64,000 bases of DNA from Mobula hypostoma (lineage: Eukaryota), in contig NC_086108.1 in NCBI RefSeq assembly GCF_963921235.1, positions 93,622,001 through 93,686,000 of the forward strand, given 5' to 3'. The translations under genes and the position numbers were made by a program. Under the pieces are notes generated by a model, which did no database searches, had not been told where the DNA came from, and worked only from the letters and a program-made list of their open reading frames with translations. Positions 39,697 through 51,711 of this stretch are shown here, piece by piece. Numbering within the stretch: the stretch's first letter is position 1; each line of letters begins with the position of its first letter.

Positions 39697-41327
39697 TTCC
39701 CTTTACATTTGTGATCCTGAGTAACCTCCAGCGAATCCTGCTCTCTGGATCAGGAGACAGACTCTTTCATCTTGCTGAGTTCCAATTGAAAAGAACTGAA
39801 TCCTTCTGGTCCAACCTGATGCATGAACATTTCTCACCTTAGAGCCATAGAGTCATATATAATACAGAAGCAGGTCCTTCAGCTCTTCTAGTCTGTCCCA
39901 GACTGTTGTTCTGCCTTGTCCTATCACCATGCACCTGGACCTCCAATCCATGTACTTATCCAAACTTCTCTTAAATGTTACAACTGAAACCCCACCCCAT
40001 CCATTTCCACTGGCAGCTTGTTTGCACACTCTGAGTGAAGAGTTCTCCCTCAGGTTCCCCTTTCATCTTTCATCCTTAACCTATCACCTCTAATTGTAGT
40101 CTTACCCAACCTCTGAAGAAAAAAACCTGCGTTTATCTATCTTATCTGTACCCCTTATCAAGTCTCCCCTCATTCTCCTACACAACAAGGAAAAAAGACC
40201 AAAACTGCCAACAATACTCCAAATATGGCCTCACCAACATCTTATCCAACTTCAACAGCCAGGGAACTTAAATCAGAGCTGTGACCTTAAAGCAGCAATT
40301 ACATGTGTGACCCTACGCCCTCTTGCAAAGTTTCCCAAACTCCCAGCAACAATCAATTTTGTGACGTTTAGAATATCTGCGTGCATGCGTGCCCACTTGA
40401 ACAGAGTCCCAGACTTCCCTCAGCTATGTAACTAAGTGCTGGCAGTCCCTCATGGAAATGCCGACATTCCAGGGGAAGTTGTGAGCCAAAACAGGATTAA
40501 AGATTGCTTGCATTTGTATTTCTCTGGAAAAAATAACTTTACCTCACCCCAACCTTCATGTCCTCAGGAGAAGCAAATGAAAGGTGCCAGTTTCCTTTGA
40601 TAATGATGACGTTCCCATAGAAACCATATCAGAATAATTAATAATGGTATTCCAACAGGCAGATTTGGTGGCACGATGATCATGACAGTTTGAACAGTTC
40701 ACCTCATTTGGGCTTAATCAGTATATTTTTAAAAAGAAAGGAAGACAAATTAGATGGTAAGAAAGATTAGCTTTATTTGTCATACGTACATCCCATGTCA
40801 AATCATGTCATCAAGGACCATGCTGAGCACTGCCAGTGCCACCTCTGTTCCAGCGCCAACGTAGCATGCCCACAGGTCACCAACCCAACACTGTAGCACA
40901 ACACTATTACAGCTTGGGGGGGTCGGAGTTCAGAGTTCAATTCCGACGTCCTCTGTAAGATGGTTTTACGTTCTTCCTGTGAGCACTTTGGTTTCCTTTG
41001 CTTGCTCCCACAGTCCAAAGACATAAACTTGATCACTGTAAACTGTCCTGTGATTACGCTACGGTTAAATCACTGGGCTGCTGGGCGGCACGGCTCAGAG
41101 AGCCTGAAGGACCCGTTCCACGCTGTATCTCCAAATAAATAAATATGTCTTTGGACTGTGGGAGGAAACTGGAACACGTGGCGGAAACACACAAGGTCGA
41201 CCGTACAAACTACTTACAGATAGCAGCAGGTATTGAACCACAGTCTTACAGCTGGAACTGTCATAGTGTTACACTAGCAGCATTAAAAGCAAACATTGTA
41301 TTGTATAGAGTCCTGAAGAAGTATCTC

Positions 41328-41926
41328 ACATGGTCTGTACATTCTACTGGCTGTGTCGTGAAGAAGGCACAACAGCGCCTCTTTCACGTCAGACGGTTGA
41401 AGATGTTTGGTATGGGCCCCACCAGATCCTAAGGACTTTCTACAGGGGCACAATTGAGAGCATCTTGACTGGCTGCATCACTGCCTGGTATGGGAACTGT
41501 ATTCCCTCAGTCGCAGGGCTCTGCAGAGAGTGGTGCAGACAGCCCAGTGCGTCTGTAGATGTGAACTTCCCACTATTCAGGACATCTACAGAGACAGGTG
41601 TGTAAAAAGGGCCCGAAGGATCACTGGGGACCCAAGTCAGCCCAACCACAAACTATTCCAGCTGCTACCATCCAGGAAACGGTACCGCAGCATAAAAGCC
41701 AGGACCAGCAGGCTTCGGGACAGCTTCTTCCACCAGGCCATCAGACTGATTAATTCAAGCTGACAAAATTGTATTTCTATGTTATATTGACAATCCTGTT
41801 GTACATAACATTTATCATAAATTACTATGATTGCACATTGCACATTTGAACAGAGATGTAACGTGAAGATTTTTACTCTTCATGTATATGAAGGACGTAA
41901 GTAATAAAGTCAATTCAATTCGATTC
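41328..41926 (+). mobile_element. Rex1/Babar LINE 3' fragment inserted into a hammerhead motif
   Basis: KKAQQRLF, FYRGTIESILTGCITAWYG, SFFHQAIRLINS; (CAATT)n tail. Confidence 0.85.
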
Positions 41927-42026
41927 AGCCCCCAAGGTCGACTGTTTATTCTTTTCCATAGATACTTCCTGGCCTGCTGAGTTCCTCCAGCATTCTGAGT
42001 GAGAAACTTTATATATTCATAATGTT

Positions 42027-42260
42027 AAGCAACACCCACAAAATGCTGGAGAAACGCATCAGTTCAGGCGTGCTCTATGGAAGTGAATAAACAGTCGACA
42101 TTTCAGGCTGAGACCCTTACTTGGGCCCCAAAGGAGGGTCTCGGCCCGAAACATTGACAGTTAATTACTTTCCATAGATGCTGCCTCACCTGTTGGAGTT
42201 TCTCCAGTATTTTGTGTGTGTTGCTTTGGATTTCCAGCATCTGCAGACTTTCTCCTGTTT
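42027..42260. mobile_element. Palindromic Penelope pLTR element
   Basis: TSD ATATTCATAATGTT / ATACTTATAATGTT (42013-42026, 42261-42274); arms meet at the hammerheads. Confidence 0.8.
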
Positions 42261-42556
42261 ATACTTATAATGTTCTTGTATTTGGGGACGATGGAAAATT
42301 CGAAGCTTGCCTCACAATTGCCATTGCTGATACTAGCATTTAACTCCAGAGTTAAGTATTTAATTACTTGAATTTAAATTTCCCAATGCAGTGCTGGGAT
42401 TGGAGTTTTCGATCAATCGTCCTTACCTTTAGACACCAGTACAGTAGTCTAACCACTGTGTTTCTGTGGCAATATTAATCACTATTCAGGGGTAATATCA
42501 CCCAGAACGCTGTATCTATGCTTTAATTCACCTTGTGCTTCTTTCCCGTTCTTTAG

Positions 42557-42643
42557 GTCAGTATGGAGTACCAGCACCCTGGTATTTTCCACTCCAGATT
42601 TCTTACTGGGCTGGTGCTGAAAAGCCCCAAGCTGCAACAGAAG
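42557..42643 (+). CDS. ABCA4: ABCA4 exon 17 equivalent (extended, 87 nt)
   Basis: tttag|GT...AAG|gtgagt; phase 1-1; GQYGVPAPWYFPLQISYWAGAEKPQAATE. Confidence 0.93.
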
Positions 42644-43361
42644 GTGAGTTATTTATAAACCGAGAAACCTTTCTTCTCAGTTGTGTTTCCCCCCTGTTAT
42701 AGGTGATATGGTTTGCAGGAGTGTACGTCTGAGACAGTCAGAGTGGGTACCCTGTGATTACTTAACTTGATCACATCTGGCTTTGTGAAGGCAGAATTCT
42801 CCACTTAAAAGTGTCTGAAAACTTAGCCAGTTCTTTCCTATTATTACCAGAGACTTAAAAGAGACTCGGCATGCTGTCTATACTCTTGTTAAAATTAAAG
42901 CCTTGTGCTCACTGCATTTAAACTTACATCAATGCACAGCTTCAATGGTGTTTTCATTACAATGGCAAACTGCCAAGTTTTCTTGGGTGGCAGTATAATG
43001 GCTCAGTGTTGAGCGGGCATCGCTGGATGTGACAGGAATGAGCTTGTGTACAATTCACCTTCATTGTCATGATGCAGCCAAGGATACAAGATAAATAACT
43101 CCATAAAAATGTACAAAATAGAAGCCATGTTTGGCTATACAGCCCCCTGAGCCTGTGGGATTACCCATGAATTTACAGTTCAGTAAATTCATGAGTAGTC
43201 CCATACCTCAGGCATACGTTCCCAACTGATTCTCTTATGCTGTAAATACAAATATTAACTTGAGTATCCACAGCACTCCTGGACAGAGCAAGATCTGAGT
43301 AAAGATATCGTCAGGTGAGGTAGTATGAAAAGATTTAGGCGTATTTGATATGAAATATTTT

Positions 43362-43648
43362 GGGCGGCACGGTAGCGCAGTGAGTAGGACAACGCTTTAC
43401 AGTACTGGTGGCACAGGGTCAATTCCCGCCACTGCCTTTAAGGAGTTTGTACATTCTCCCCATGGCCATGTGGGTTTCCTCCAGGTTGCTCCGGTTTCCT
43501 CCCACAGTCCAAAGACGTGCCATTTGTTAGGTTGATTGGTCGTTGTAAGCTGTCCTGTGATTAGGCTAGGGCTAAATTGGGGGATTGCTGGGCGGCGCAG
43601 CTCCAGGAACTGGTAGGGCCAACTCCGTGCTGTATCTCAATAAATAAA
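43362..43648 (+). mobile_element. tRNA-derived V-SINE
   Basis: GGGCGGCACGGTAGCGCAGTG head, GGTCAATTCCC B box, V-domain, AATAAATAAA tail. Confidence 0.85.
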
Positions 43649-44146
43649 TGACAATGAAGTTCCATAGCGGTCAACCCCTTATCCAGAATCAGAATCAGTT
43701 TATTCAAGGACATTATCTCAGAGCGGTTACTTTAGTTAATCCTGAGGCTAAATATTAATGAATTCAGACCATAATGTCAACAGTTTTCTTATCTCAGACT
43801 CCCTATCCAGAGATTATGTCCAGATTCTCCAGTCTTCAGTGTCCACACAAAAAATTCCTTCACAATCCCATTCCTTATTGCCATCCAGACTAATGATGAA
43901 GTCTTCTGTGCTGGCTCAGTGTTGTTTTCCGATGGAGAGATAACCTTGGAAATCTAACAGGTAAAGTCTGCCACATGATTAGCTAAAATAACTGCCCCGA
44001 TATTATATTCTTCAGTGAAGTAATTCTTTGTAAAATGCTGCCAGTGTGGATTAATTTAATTGGGAGTTATTTCATCGTAAGCTATTGTATCCTAGCTTGC
44101 ATCCAAAGTGGGCATTAATCAAAATTTACTTTTAATCTTTGCTAAG

Positions 44147-44485
44147 ACAAAAATGAACTGAGAGGAGCTGTGAAAGAGCCCGAGAAGGTGGAGACACCTG
44201 CGGAGGCAAAGGAAGAGAAACCAGCAGAGAACACGGCAGAGCAAACAGAGCAAGCGCCAGACAACCCCGGGGATGGCGACAAGCCGAAGGAAAGCAAGAA
44301 GATTTGCAAACTAAAGGAAAAAGAGGTGAAGGAGCAGCTTGAGAAGGAGAGGCAGGAGAAGGAGAGACTTGAGAAGCAAAAGCAGGAAATGGAAAGGCGA
44401 GAGAAGGAAAAGCAGGAGATGGAAAGGCTGGAAAAAGAAAAGCAGGAGAAGGAGAAGGAGAAGGAAAAGGAAAAAATCAACCCCG
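44147..44485 (+). CDS. ABCA4: ABCA4 exon 18 equivalent, expanded E/K-rich linker exon (339 nt)
   Basis: ctaag|AC...CCCG|gtaat; phase 1-1, open frame continuous with exons 17 and 19; occupies the position of the 90-nt human exon 18; no recognisable sequence homology, so the call rests on frame, splice sites and position. Confidence 0.8.
44311..44460 (+). repeat. Coding minisatellite, 5 x 30 bp (10-aa unit EKEKQEMERL-like)
   Basis: Units at 44311, 44341, 44371, 44401 and 44431 translate LKEKEVKEQL / EKERQEKERL / EKQKQEMERR / EKEKQEMERL / EKEKQEKEKE. Confidence 0.9.
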
Positions 44486-44569
44486 GTAATAACTCAGATC
44501 AGTAACGCTTTAAAATCGGCTTTACAGCACTTCATGATGTTGACTATGTTTGTCTTTATCTGTTGGCAG

Positions 44570-44765
44570 TGACAGCAGCAATGGCAGGAAACCCTCTCTA
44601 TGAGCTGGAGCCTTCCAGTCTGACTCTGGGAGTGTCCATTCAGAACCTGGTGAAGACTTTCGGTGAAGGACAGAAGCCTGCCGTAGATGGGCTGAGCATT
44701 AACTTCTTTGAAGGGCAGATCACTTCCTTTCTGGGTCACAACGGAGCTGGAAAAACCACCACAAT
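44570..44765 (+). CDS. ABCA4: ABCA4 exon 19 equivalent (NBD1 start, Walker A)
   Basis: ggcag|TG...AT|gtaag; [12 protein letters not shown]...[17 protein letters not shown]; exact acceptor ambiguous (several in-frame CAGs). Confidence 0.93.
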
Positions 44766-45602
44766 GTAAGAGCTTGTGTTCTATTTGTCGCAACAATGAA
44801 AATAATCACTGCCCAGCTAAAATATGGAAACAAGCCAGGCTCATGCAGCTCTGTTTACATCCCCGCTCAAGTCAAAGGCAGTAGAATAAAGGGTTGTTGG
44901 CCATCTGCACAGTGAAAATAATTGCTCTGCACAATGGCTCTTCTGTAACTATTGAAAATCTGTCATATGTTACCGAACAGTATCATTAGAACATGACTTG
45001 CTACTGACCACATGCAAAGGGATTGCATTTGAGTTCCTGGGACCCAAACTAGCAACAAAAGATTGTAAGGGGGGGCGCTGAACAGAACAAGGGCAAGTAC
45101 GAAGGGATAGAGAAAAGCAAAAACATTGATAGATGTTTACTGCTACTTGGACAGTATGTTTTATTAGAAGGAATTTCAGTATAATTCTCTTTGGCATTAA
45201 TCCTCTCTACAGTTTCATACAAATAATTTGCTAATTTACTGTAGTCACCCAGTTCAATGTAAACCTTGGGAAGCTAGGCATTCCCTGTCCAAGGAGCACA
45301 CGTGGCTAATCACTGAACTAGAACAATAGCTGCTGTTTAAATTATCGCATGCATTCGGCAAACACGTTCCATCTGAGTCGTTCACTTCTCTGCTCCAAAA
45401 CAACTCCAAAACTTCAGCTCTGGCTCTTCTGAATTAAACTTTTCAGAAACCAGGAGCAGGAAAATTCCTTTTGTCTTTATTGTTTTGTGTACACCCTATA
45501 TCAGATCGGACTGCACCTTAAAAGATAATTTAAAAAAATAAACAGGAATGCAGGGGTACAAATTAAACGGGGTGAAGTATATTCAGTTTTCCAAGAAATT
45601 TA

Positions 45603-45790
45603 AAAACAAGAGAAAATCTGCAGATGATGGAAATCAAGGTAACACACACAAAATTCTGGAGGAACTCAGCAGGTCAGGCAGCGTCTATGGAAATGAACAA
45701 GCAGTCGACGTTTCGGGCTGAGACCCTTCTTCAGGACTGGAGAAAAGAGATAAGGTCAGAGTGAGAAGGTGGGGGGGAGGGGAGGGAGAC
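45603..45790 (-). mobile_element. Penelope pLTR copy with intact hammerhead
   Basis: Full tail, pLTR body and hammerhead at 45702-45739; an opposite-strand decayed copy lies at ~46375-46668. Confidence 0.8.
45702..45739 (-). ncRNA. Minimal type I hammerhead ribozyme motif
   Basis: Reverse complement reads CAGTC-CTGAAGA-AGGGTCTCAGCCC-GAAA-CGTC-GACTG, with a 5-bp stem I. Confidence 0.8.
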
Positions 45791-47939
45791 TTCACTCAAT
45801 AACTGCTATACAATAATAGAGACAAAGGGTCAAAATGGTCCCTTCGGCCCGTCTCATCCTGGGCATCCATGACGCCTATCTATACCGATCCAATCAGTCG
45901 GCATTAGGCTCCTATCTGTATATTTCTTCCCAATCCAAGTACCTGTCCAAACGCCCTTTAAATGTATTTGTCTCCACCATCTCCTCTGCCCACTCATTCT
46001 GTATAATAACTACCCTCTGACTGGAAAAACCTTCCCCCACAGATCTCATTTAATTTTCTCCCCTCTCACTTTAAACCTACAGTATGCCTCGCTTTAGACT
46101 CTCTTACCCCATGAAAAAGACTTAGATGATCCACCATATCCATGCCCCTCATAATCTTATAAACCTCTATAAGGTTTTTAAGGAGCTTACTATTCAGACG
46201 TCCCTCTTTCTTATCCAAGTCATTTGTAGGGTACCTATGAAATACCACAAAGGTCCCAGCATTAATACTGTATTACCCCACTGGTGACAGATGTCCAGTC
46301 AGAAAAGCAACCCTCTACCATTGCATTCTGTTTTCTATTACCAAACCAATTGTGGATCCAGTTTGGCAATGTGTCTTTCCCTCTCTCACCTTAGCTTCTT
46401 ACATGCCCCTCCCTCCCTCTGGTGCTTGCCCTCCTTCCCTTTCCTCTCTGGTCTTCCACCCTTTCCTATTAGATTCCCCCTTCTCCAGCCCTTTATCTCT
46501 CCCACCAATTGACTTCCCAGCTATTTACTTCACCCCTCCCCCTCTCTCAGTTTCACCAATCACCTGTCCCCTCCTACTTCTTCCTTCCCTCCCCCCACCT
46601 TCTTATTCTGACTTCTTCCCCCTTCCTTTCCAGTCCAGATGAAGGGTCTCGTTGCAAACCGTCGACTGGTAATCCCTTGCTGGAATCCATGTATGCCAGA
46701 TCCACTACTCTGCCTTCATCAGTTTTCTTCATTACTTCCTCAAAGATCCAGAGCAGGACTTTCCACGTATAAAACCATGTTGACTTCCACCAATCAGTCC
46801 CCATCGTTCCAAATGAACATAAATCCTGTCCCTGAAATGAGATTCAGCATTGCACTAAGTATGATTATGAAGACACGTAGTCCTCTTTTATTGTCATTTA
46901 GTAATGCATGCATTAAGAAATGATACATTACTTCCTCTGGTGTGATATCACAAAACACAGGACAAACCAAGACTGAAAAAACTGACAAAGCCACATAATT
47001 ATAACATATAGTTACAACAGTGCAACAATACCATAACTTGATGAAGAAGTCCCTGAGCACAGTAAAGTTTAAAGTTTCTCAAATGTCCCACATCTCACGC
47101 AGACGGGAGAAGGAAGAAAAACTCTCCCTGCCATGCCGACCACAATCCGACTCATCTGAAAACTTCGAGCTCTGATCAGCTCTCCGTCACCGAGTACTGA
47201 GCACTATCTCTGTCCAAACGATTCAACCTCTTTCTCGGTTGCCAAAAGCAGGCAACGCCAGGATTTTCAGGCCTACCCTCCAAAAGATTCCCGACCACAC
47301 AGTAACGACAGCAGCGAATGGGCGTTTCAGAAATTTCTCCAGATGTTCCTCTGTGCTTTCACGTCCATTCTCCATCAAATCAGAATTGTCCACGGCCCCT
47401 ATTTAACAGATACAATATCATTTTTCACCGGTTTGTTAAGTAAAAGATAACTTGGATTGTTGTAATAATGAGATTTATCCCTGGGATCAAACAATTTCAG
47501 ACTCTAACAAGTTTACCAAAACTTAAAAGGTCCAAGTAAGGAAAACAGGAAATTAATAACAAGCGTTTAAATAAAACCCTCTGTGCCCTTGTGTCATGCC
47601 AAAGCACCTTCACATAAATAATGAGAGGGAGATAAGGGACAACAGGAAAATACACTGTAAGTACGCAGTTTATTTATCTGTGTTGACATATGATCACATA
47701 ATGGAATTGAAATGAGTCACAATAAGTGACCTGTCATAGACAGGCAATGAATGAAGAGATACGCACTGCTGCTTAAAGCTGCACACTGATGTTGTTAAGA
47801 TTTATTATATGCTGCCCTAAAATCGTTAGCTGACATTTACAGCTGGAGCCGAAACTCGTATTTTCAAACCATTGAACTGAATTAAAATCCGGTGTTTCAG
47901 GAAAAAGCCAAATCTAAAGTAATTTTAATAGGCCAAACC

Positions 47940-49395
47940 ATTTAAACTGCCTACTCCCGTCAACCTGAACCATAGCCGTCAATACCCCTATTATCCTTGT
48001 ACCTATCCAAACTTCTCTTAATCGAGCTCGGATGCACCACATTCATTGGCAGCTGGTTCATCTTTCCCACAACCCTCTGAGTGAGGAAGTTTCCTCTCAT
48101 GTTCCCTTTAAACTTTTCACCTCTCATCCTTATCCCATGACCTCTAGTTGTAGTCCCACCCAACTTCAGTGGAAAAAAGCTGTTTGCATTTACCCTATCT
48201 ATACCCCCTCATAATTTTGTACACCTCTATCAAATCTCCCCTCAACCTTCAACATTCTAAGGAATAAAGTCCTAACCTATTCAATCTTCCCTTATAACTC
48301 AGGCTCTCCAGTACCAACACCATCCTTGTAAATTTTCTCTGTACTTTTTCAACCTTATTTACATTTTTCCTGTAGGTAGATGACTAAAGCTACACACAAT
48401 ATCCCAAATTAGGCCTCACCAACATCTTATACAACTTCAACATAACATCCCATCTCCTGTACTCAATACTTTAATTTCTGAAGGCCTATGACACCACTTT
48501 CAAAGAATTATGGACCTGAATTCCCAGATCCCTTTGTTCTACCACACTCTTCAGTGCCCTACCGTTCACTGTGTAAGACCAACACTGGTTGGTCCTACCA
48601 AAGTACAACACCTCGCCCTTGTCTGCATTAAGTTCCATCTGCCATTTTTCAGCCCATTTTTTCAGCCTGTCCAGATCCTGCTGCAAGCCATGATAGTCTT
48701 TCTTGCTGTCCACTATACCCCCAATCTTGTTGTCGTCCCAAAATCTGCTGATCTAGTTAACCACATTATCATCCAGATCATTGTTATAGATGTCAAACAA
48801 CAATGGACTCAGCACCGATCCCTGTGGCGCTCCACTAGTCACAGACCTCCAGTCAGAGAGTCAACCATCTACTACCACTCTCTGGCTTCTCTAACAAAGC
48901 CAATATCTAATCCAATTTACTACCTCATCTTGAAAGCTGAGTGACTGAAACTTCTTGACAAACCTCCTATACGGGACTTTGTCAAATGCCTTGCTAAATT
49001 CCATGTAGACAACATCCACTGCCTTGCCTTCATCAATTTTCCTTGAAAACTCTATTAGATTGGTTGGACACGACCTACCACGCATGAACCCATGCTGAGA
49101 CCGTCCTTAATCAGTCCATGTATATCTCTTGTATTTGGTCCCTTAGAATATCTTCCAATAACTTTCCCACTACTGATGTCAGGCTAACCGACCTATAATT
49201 TTTTGGCTTATTCTTAGATCCTGTCTTAAACAGCTGAACAACATTAGCTATCCTCTCGTCCCTTGGTACCTCACCTTTCACTATGAGTGACTTAAATATC
49301 TTTGCTAGGGCCCCTGCGATTTCTTCACTTTCATCCCACAGAGTCTGAGGGAAAACCTTGTTCGGCCCTAGGGATTTATCCACCCTAATCTGCCT
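47940..49395 (-). mobile_element. CR1 LINE fragment (RT region, decayed)
   Basis: [43 protein letters not shown]. Confidence 0.85.
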
Positions 49396-50124
49396 CTGCT
49401 TTCCTCCCACATTGCAAAGTCTTATAAGTTAGGGTTAGTAAGATGTGGACGTGCTATGTTGGTGCTGGAAGCATGACAACACTTGAGGGGTGCCCCAGCA
49501 TCTTTTCTTGCAGAGGATATATTTCACGGTATCTTTCAATGTACACGTGACAAATAAAGCTAATCTCATTCTCCACACAGCAAGTGGCACTTTCTTCTTC
49601 TTTGTGTAGTGTACATAGGTTAATAACTACCCAGTCTTGACTTAAGGATCTAGAATTCATTCATCAATCATTAGGTTAACCATCCAGCTCCAACCAACAA
49701 GTTAACACTTTGAAGGAAGTTGCTGTTAATGGTGTCCTTGTTCAGCAGTTTTTCTTCTCTCTCAAAAACTAAGTCCAGTCAATGTGGGTTGAGTTTATTG
49801 TTATCTACACAGGTACAGTGAGGTTCAGGTACATTGAAAATATTGCTTGTTGCAGGATACGGATTCAGACAGCTCACAGAACGTAAACTGGACAAAAATT
49901 ATACAAGACAGTGAAGGAAACAGACTGTTGCAAAGCAAGATTTTAGTGCAAGAGATGGTCTATAGTGTTCCCACGCTGAAGCAGTCAACTTTAGGCTGAA
50001 GCCAGACTGTCATTCCAGTTCATGTAATTGAGTGACGTGTAATGCAGCAGAGAACGAAAGGTAGCAAGAACGTGACCCCAGTCTTGCTTACCAGCAACCC
50101 CTCTCCCCACCTCTTAACGTCTGT

Positions 50125-50269
50125 AAACACGAGGAAATCTGCAGATGCTGGAATTTCAAGCAACACACATAAAAGTTGCTGGTCCTGACGAAGGGTTTCG
50201 GCCCGAAATGTCGACTGTACCTATTCCTAGAGATGCTGCCTGGCCTGCTGCGCTCACCAGCAAAGTTTA
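50125..50269. mobile_element. Short inverted Penelope pLTR element
   Basis: TSD TCTTAACGTCTGT / TCTTAATGTCTGT (50112-50124, 50270-50282). Confidence 0.85.
50182..50216 (+). ncRNA. Minimal hammerhead motif (slightly decayed)
   Basis: GTC-CTGACGA-AGGGTTTCGGCCC-GAAA-TGTC-GAC. Confidence 0.65.
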
Positions 50270-50778
50270 TCTTAATGTCTGTGCTGAGTTAGCTGGTTTA
50301 ACAGACAGGTTAGTCTCCTCTTCCTACCCACCTTCAACTTTCTCCTCTTTACCTCCCCCTCCCCCATCCCCTGACCCACCCCCTCTTCCCTGATCGCTGC
50401 TGTTCTGGAGGTGAGTGTTTGTCAAGGGTGCGTGAAGGTCCAGTTGTAGTTTGTCTGTGGGGCCACTGATATGGAAACAAGGTGGCCACCCTTGTTATTC
50501 GTGGTTCACACAGAAGTGGCTTCCTTGGCAACATGCTGGGGACGGAAGCATCAGCACAATCAGGAAGGACGAAGAACTTGTCAAAAGGAGCTTTAGCATT
50601 GCAAACTAATTCCTACAGGACCAAACAGTATTAATTGCAAGATGTCAGTGATGGATTGCCAGCTCCTTAAAATAACAATTGAATTTGCGCAAAGTTGTGT
50701 AATTACGTCTTAAGGTGTGCAACAAATTTTTCACGTGTACTCAGTTTTAAAAGTGGACAATATTATTTCTACAAAGTT

Positions 50779-51290
50779 TAGTCATAGTCATAGTCATAAT
50801 CATACTTGATTGACCCCGGGGGAAATTGGTTTTCGTTACAGTTGAACCATAAATAATAAATAGTAATAGAACCATAAATAGTTAAATAGTAATATGTAAA
50901 TCATGCCAGTAAATTATGAAATAAATCCAGGACCAGCCTATTGGCTCAGGGTGTCTGACCCTCCAAGGGAGGAGTTGTAAAGTTTGATGGCCACAGGCAG
51001 GAATGACTTCCTATGACGCTCTGTGTTGCATCTCGGTGGAATGAGTCTCTGGCTGAATGTAATCCTGTGCCCACCCAGTACATTATGTAGTGGATGGGAG
51101 ACATTAACCAAGATGGCATGCAACTTAGACAGCATCCTCTTTTCAGACACCACCGTCAAAGAGTCCAGTTCCATCCCCACAACATCACTGGCCTTACGAA
51201 TGAGTTTGTTGATTCTGTTGGTGTCTGCTACCCTCAGCCTGCTGCCCCAGCACACAACAGCAAACATGATAGTGCTGGCCACCACAGACT
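50779..51290 (-). mobile_element. Rex1/Babar LINE 3' fragment next to the exon 20 acceptor region
   Basis: Open frame [13 protein letters not shown]...AIKLYNSS; (ATGACT)n tail. Confidence 0.88.
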
Positions 51291-51325
51291 GTCAGGTTTA
51301 ATAAACTTCTCTCTCTGTTTAATAG

Positions 51326-51457
51326 GTCAATGCTGATTGGGTTATTTCCACCCACATCTGGTACGGCATTTATTAACGGCAAGGACATCCGCACAGAAAT
51401 TGAAGCTATCCGACAGGACATCGGTGTATGCCCCCAGCACAACATCTTGTTCAATAA
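51326..51457 (+). CDS. ABCA4: ABCA4 exon 20 equivalent (NBD1, Q-loop)
   Basis: aatag|G...AA|gtaagc; 132 nt; [43 protein letters not shown]. Confidence 0.96.
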
Positions 51458-51675
51458 GTAAGCAGAATATCTCAACAGATCTGGATATACAGTTCTGGTC
51501 GGCCCACTGTAGGAAGGATGTTGAGGCTTTGGAGAGGATACAGAAGAGGTTTACCAGGATGCTGCCTGGTTTAGGGAGCATGTGCTATCACGAAAGGCTG
51601 GATAAACTTCAGGCAACATACATCAAAGTTGCTGGTGAACGCAGCAGGCCAAGCAGCATCTATAGGAAGAGGCGC

Positions 51676-51711
51676 AGTCGACGTTTCAGGCCGAGACCCT
51701 TCGTCAGGACT
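51676..51711 (-). ncRNA. Minimal type I hammerhead ribozyme motif
   Basis: Exact reverse complement of the 52946-52981 motif, in the left arm of the palindrome. Confidence 0.8.

Noticed and set aside
44142..44480. Minus-strand F/S-rich ORF
   Set aside because: Antisense shadow of the GA-rich exon 18 repeat.
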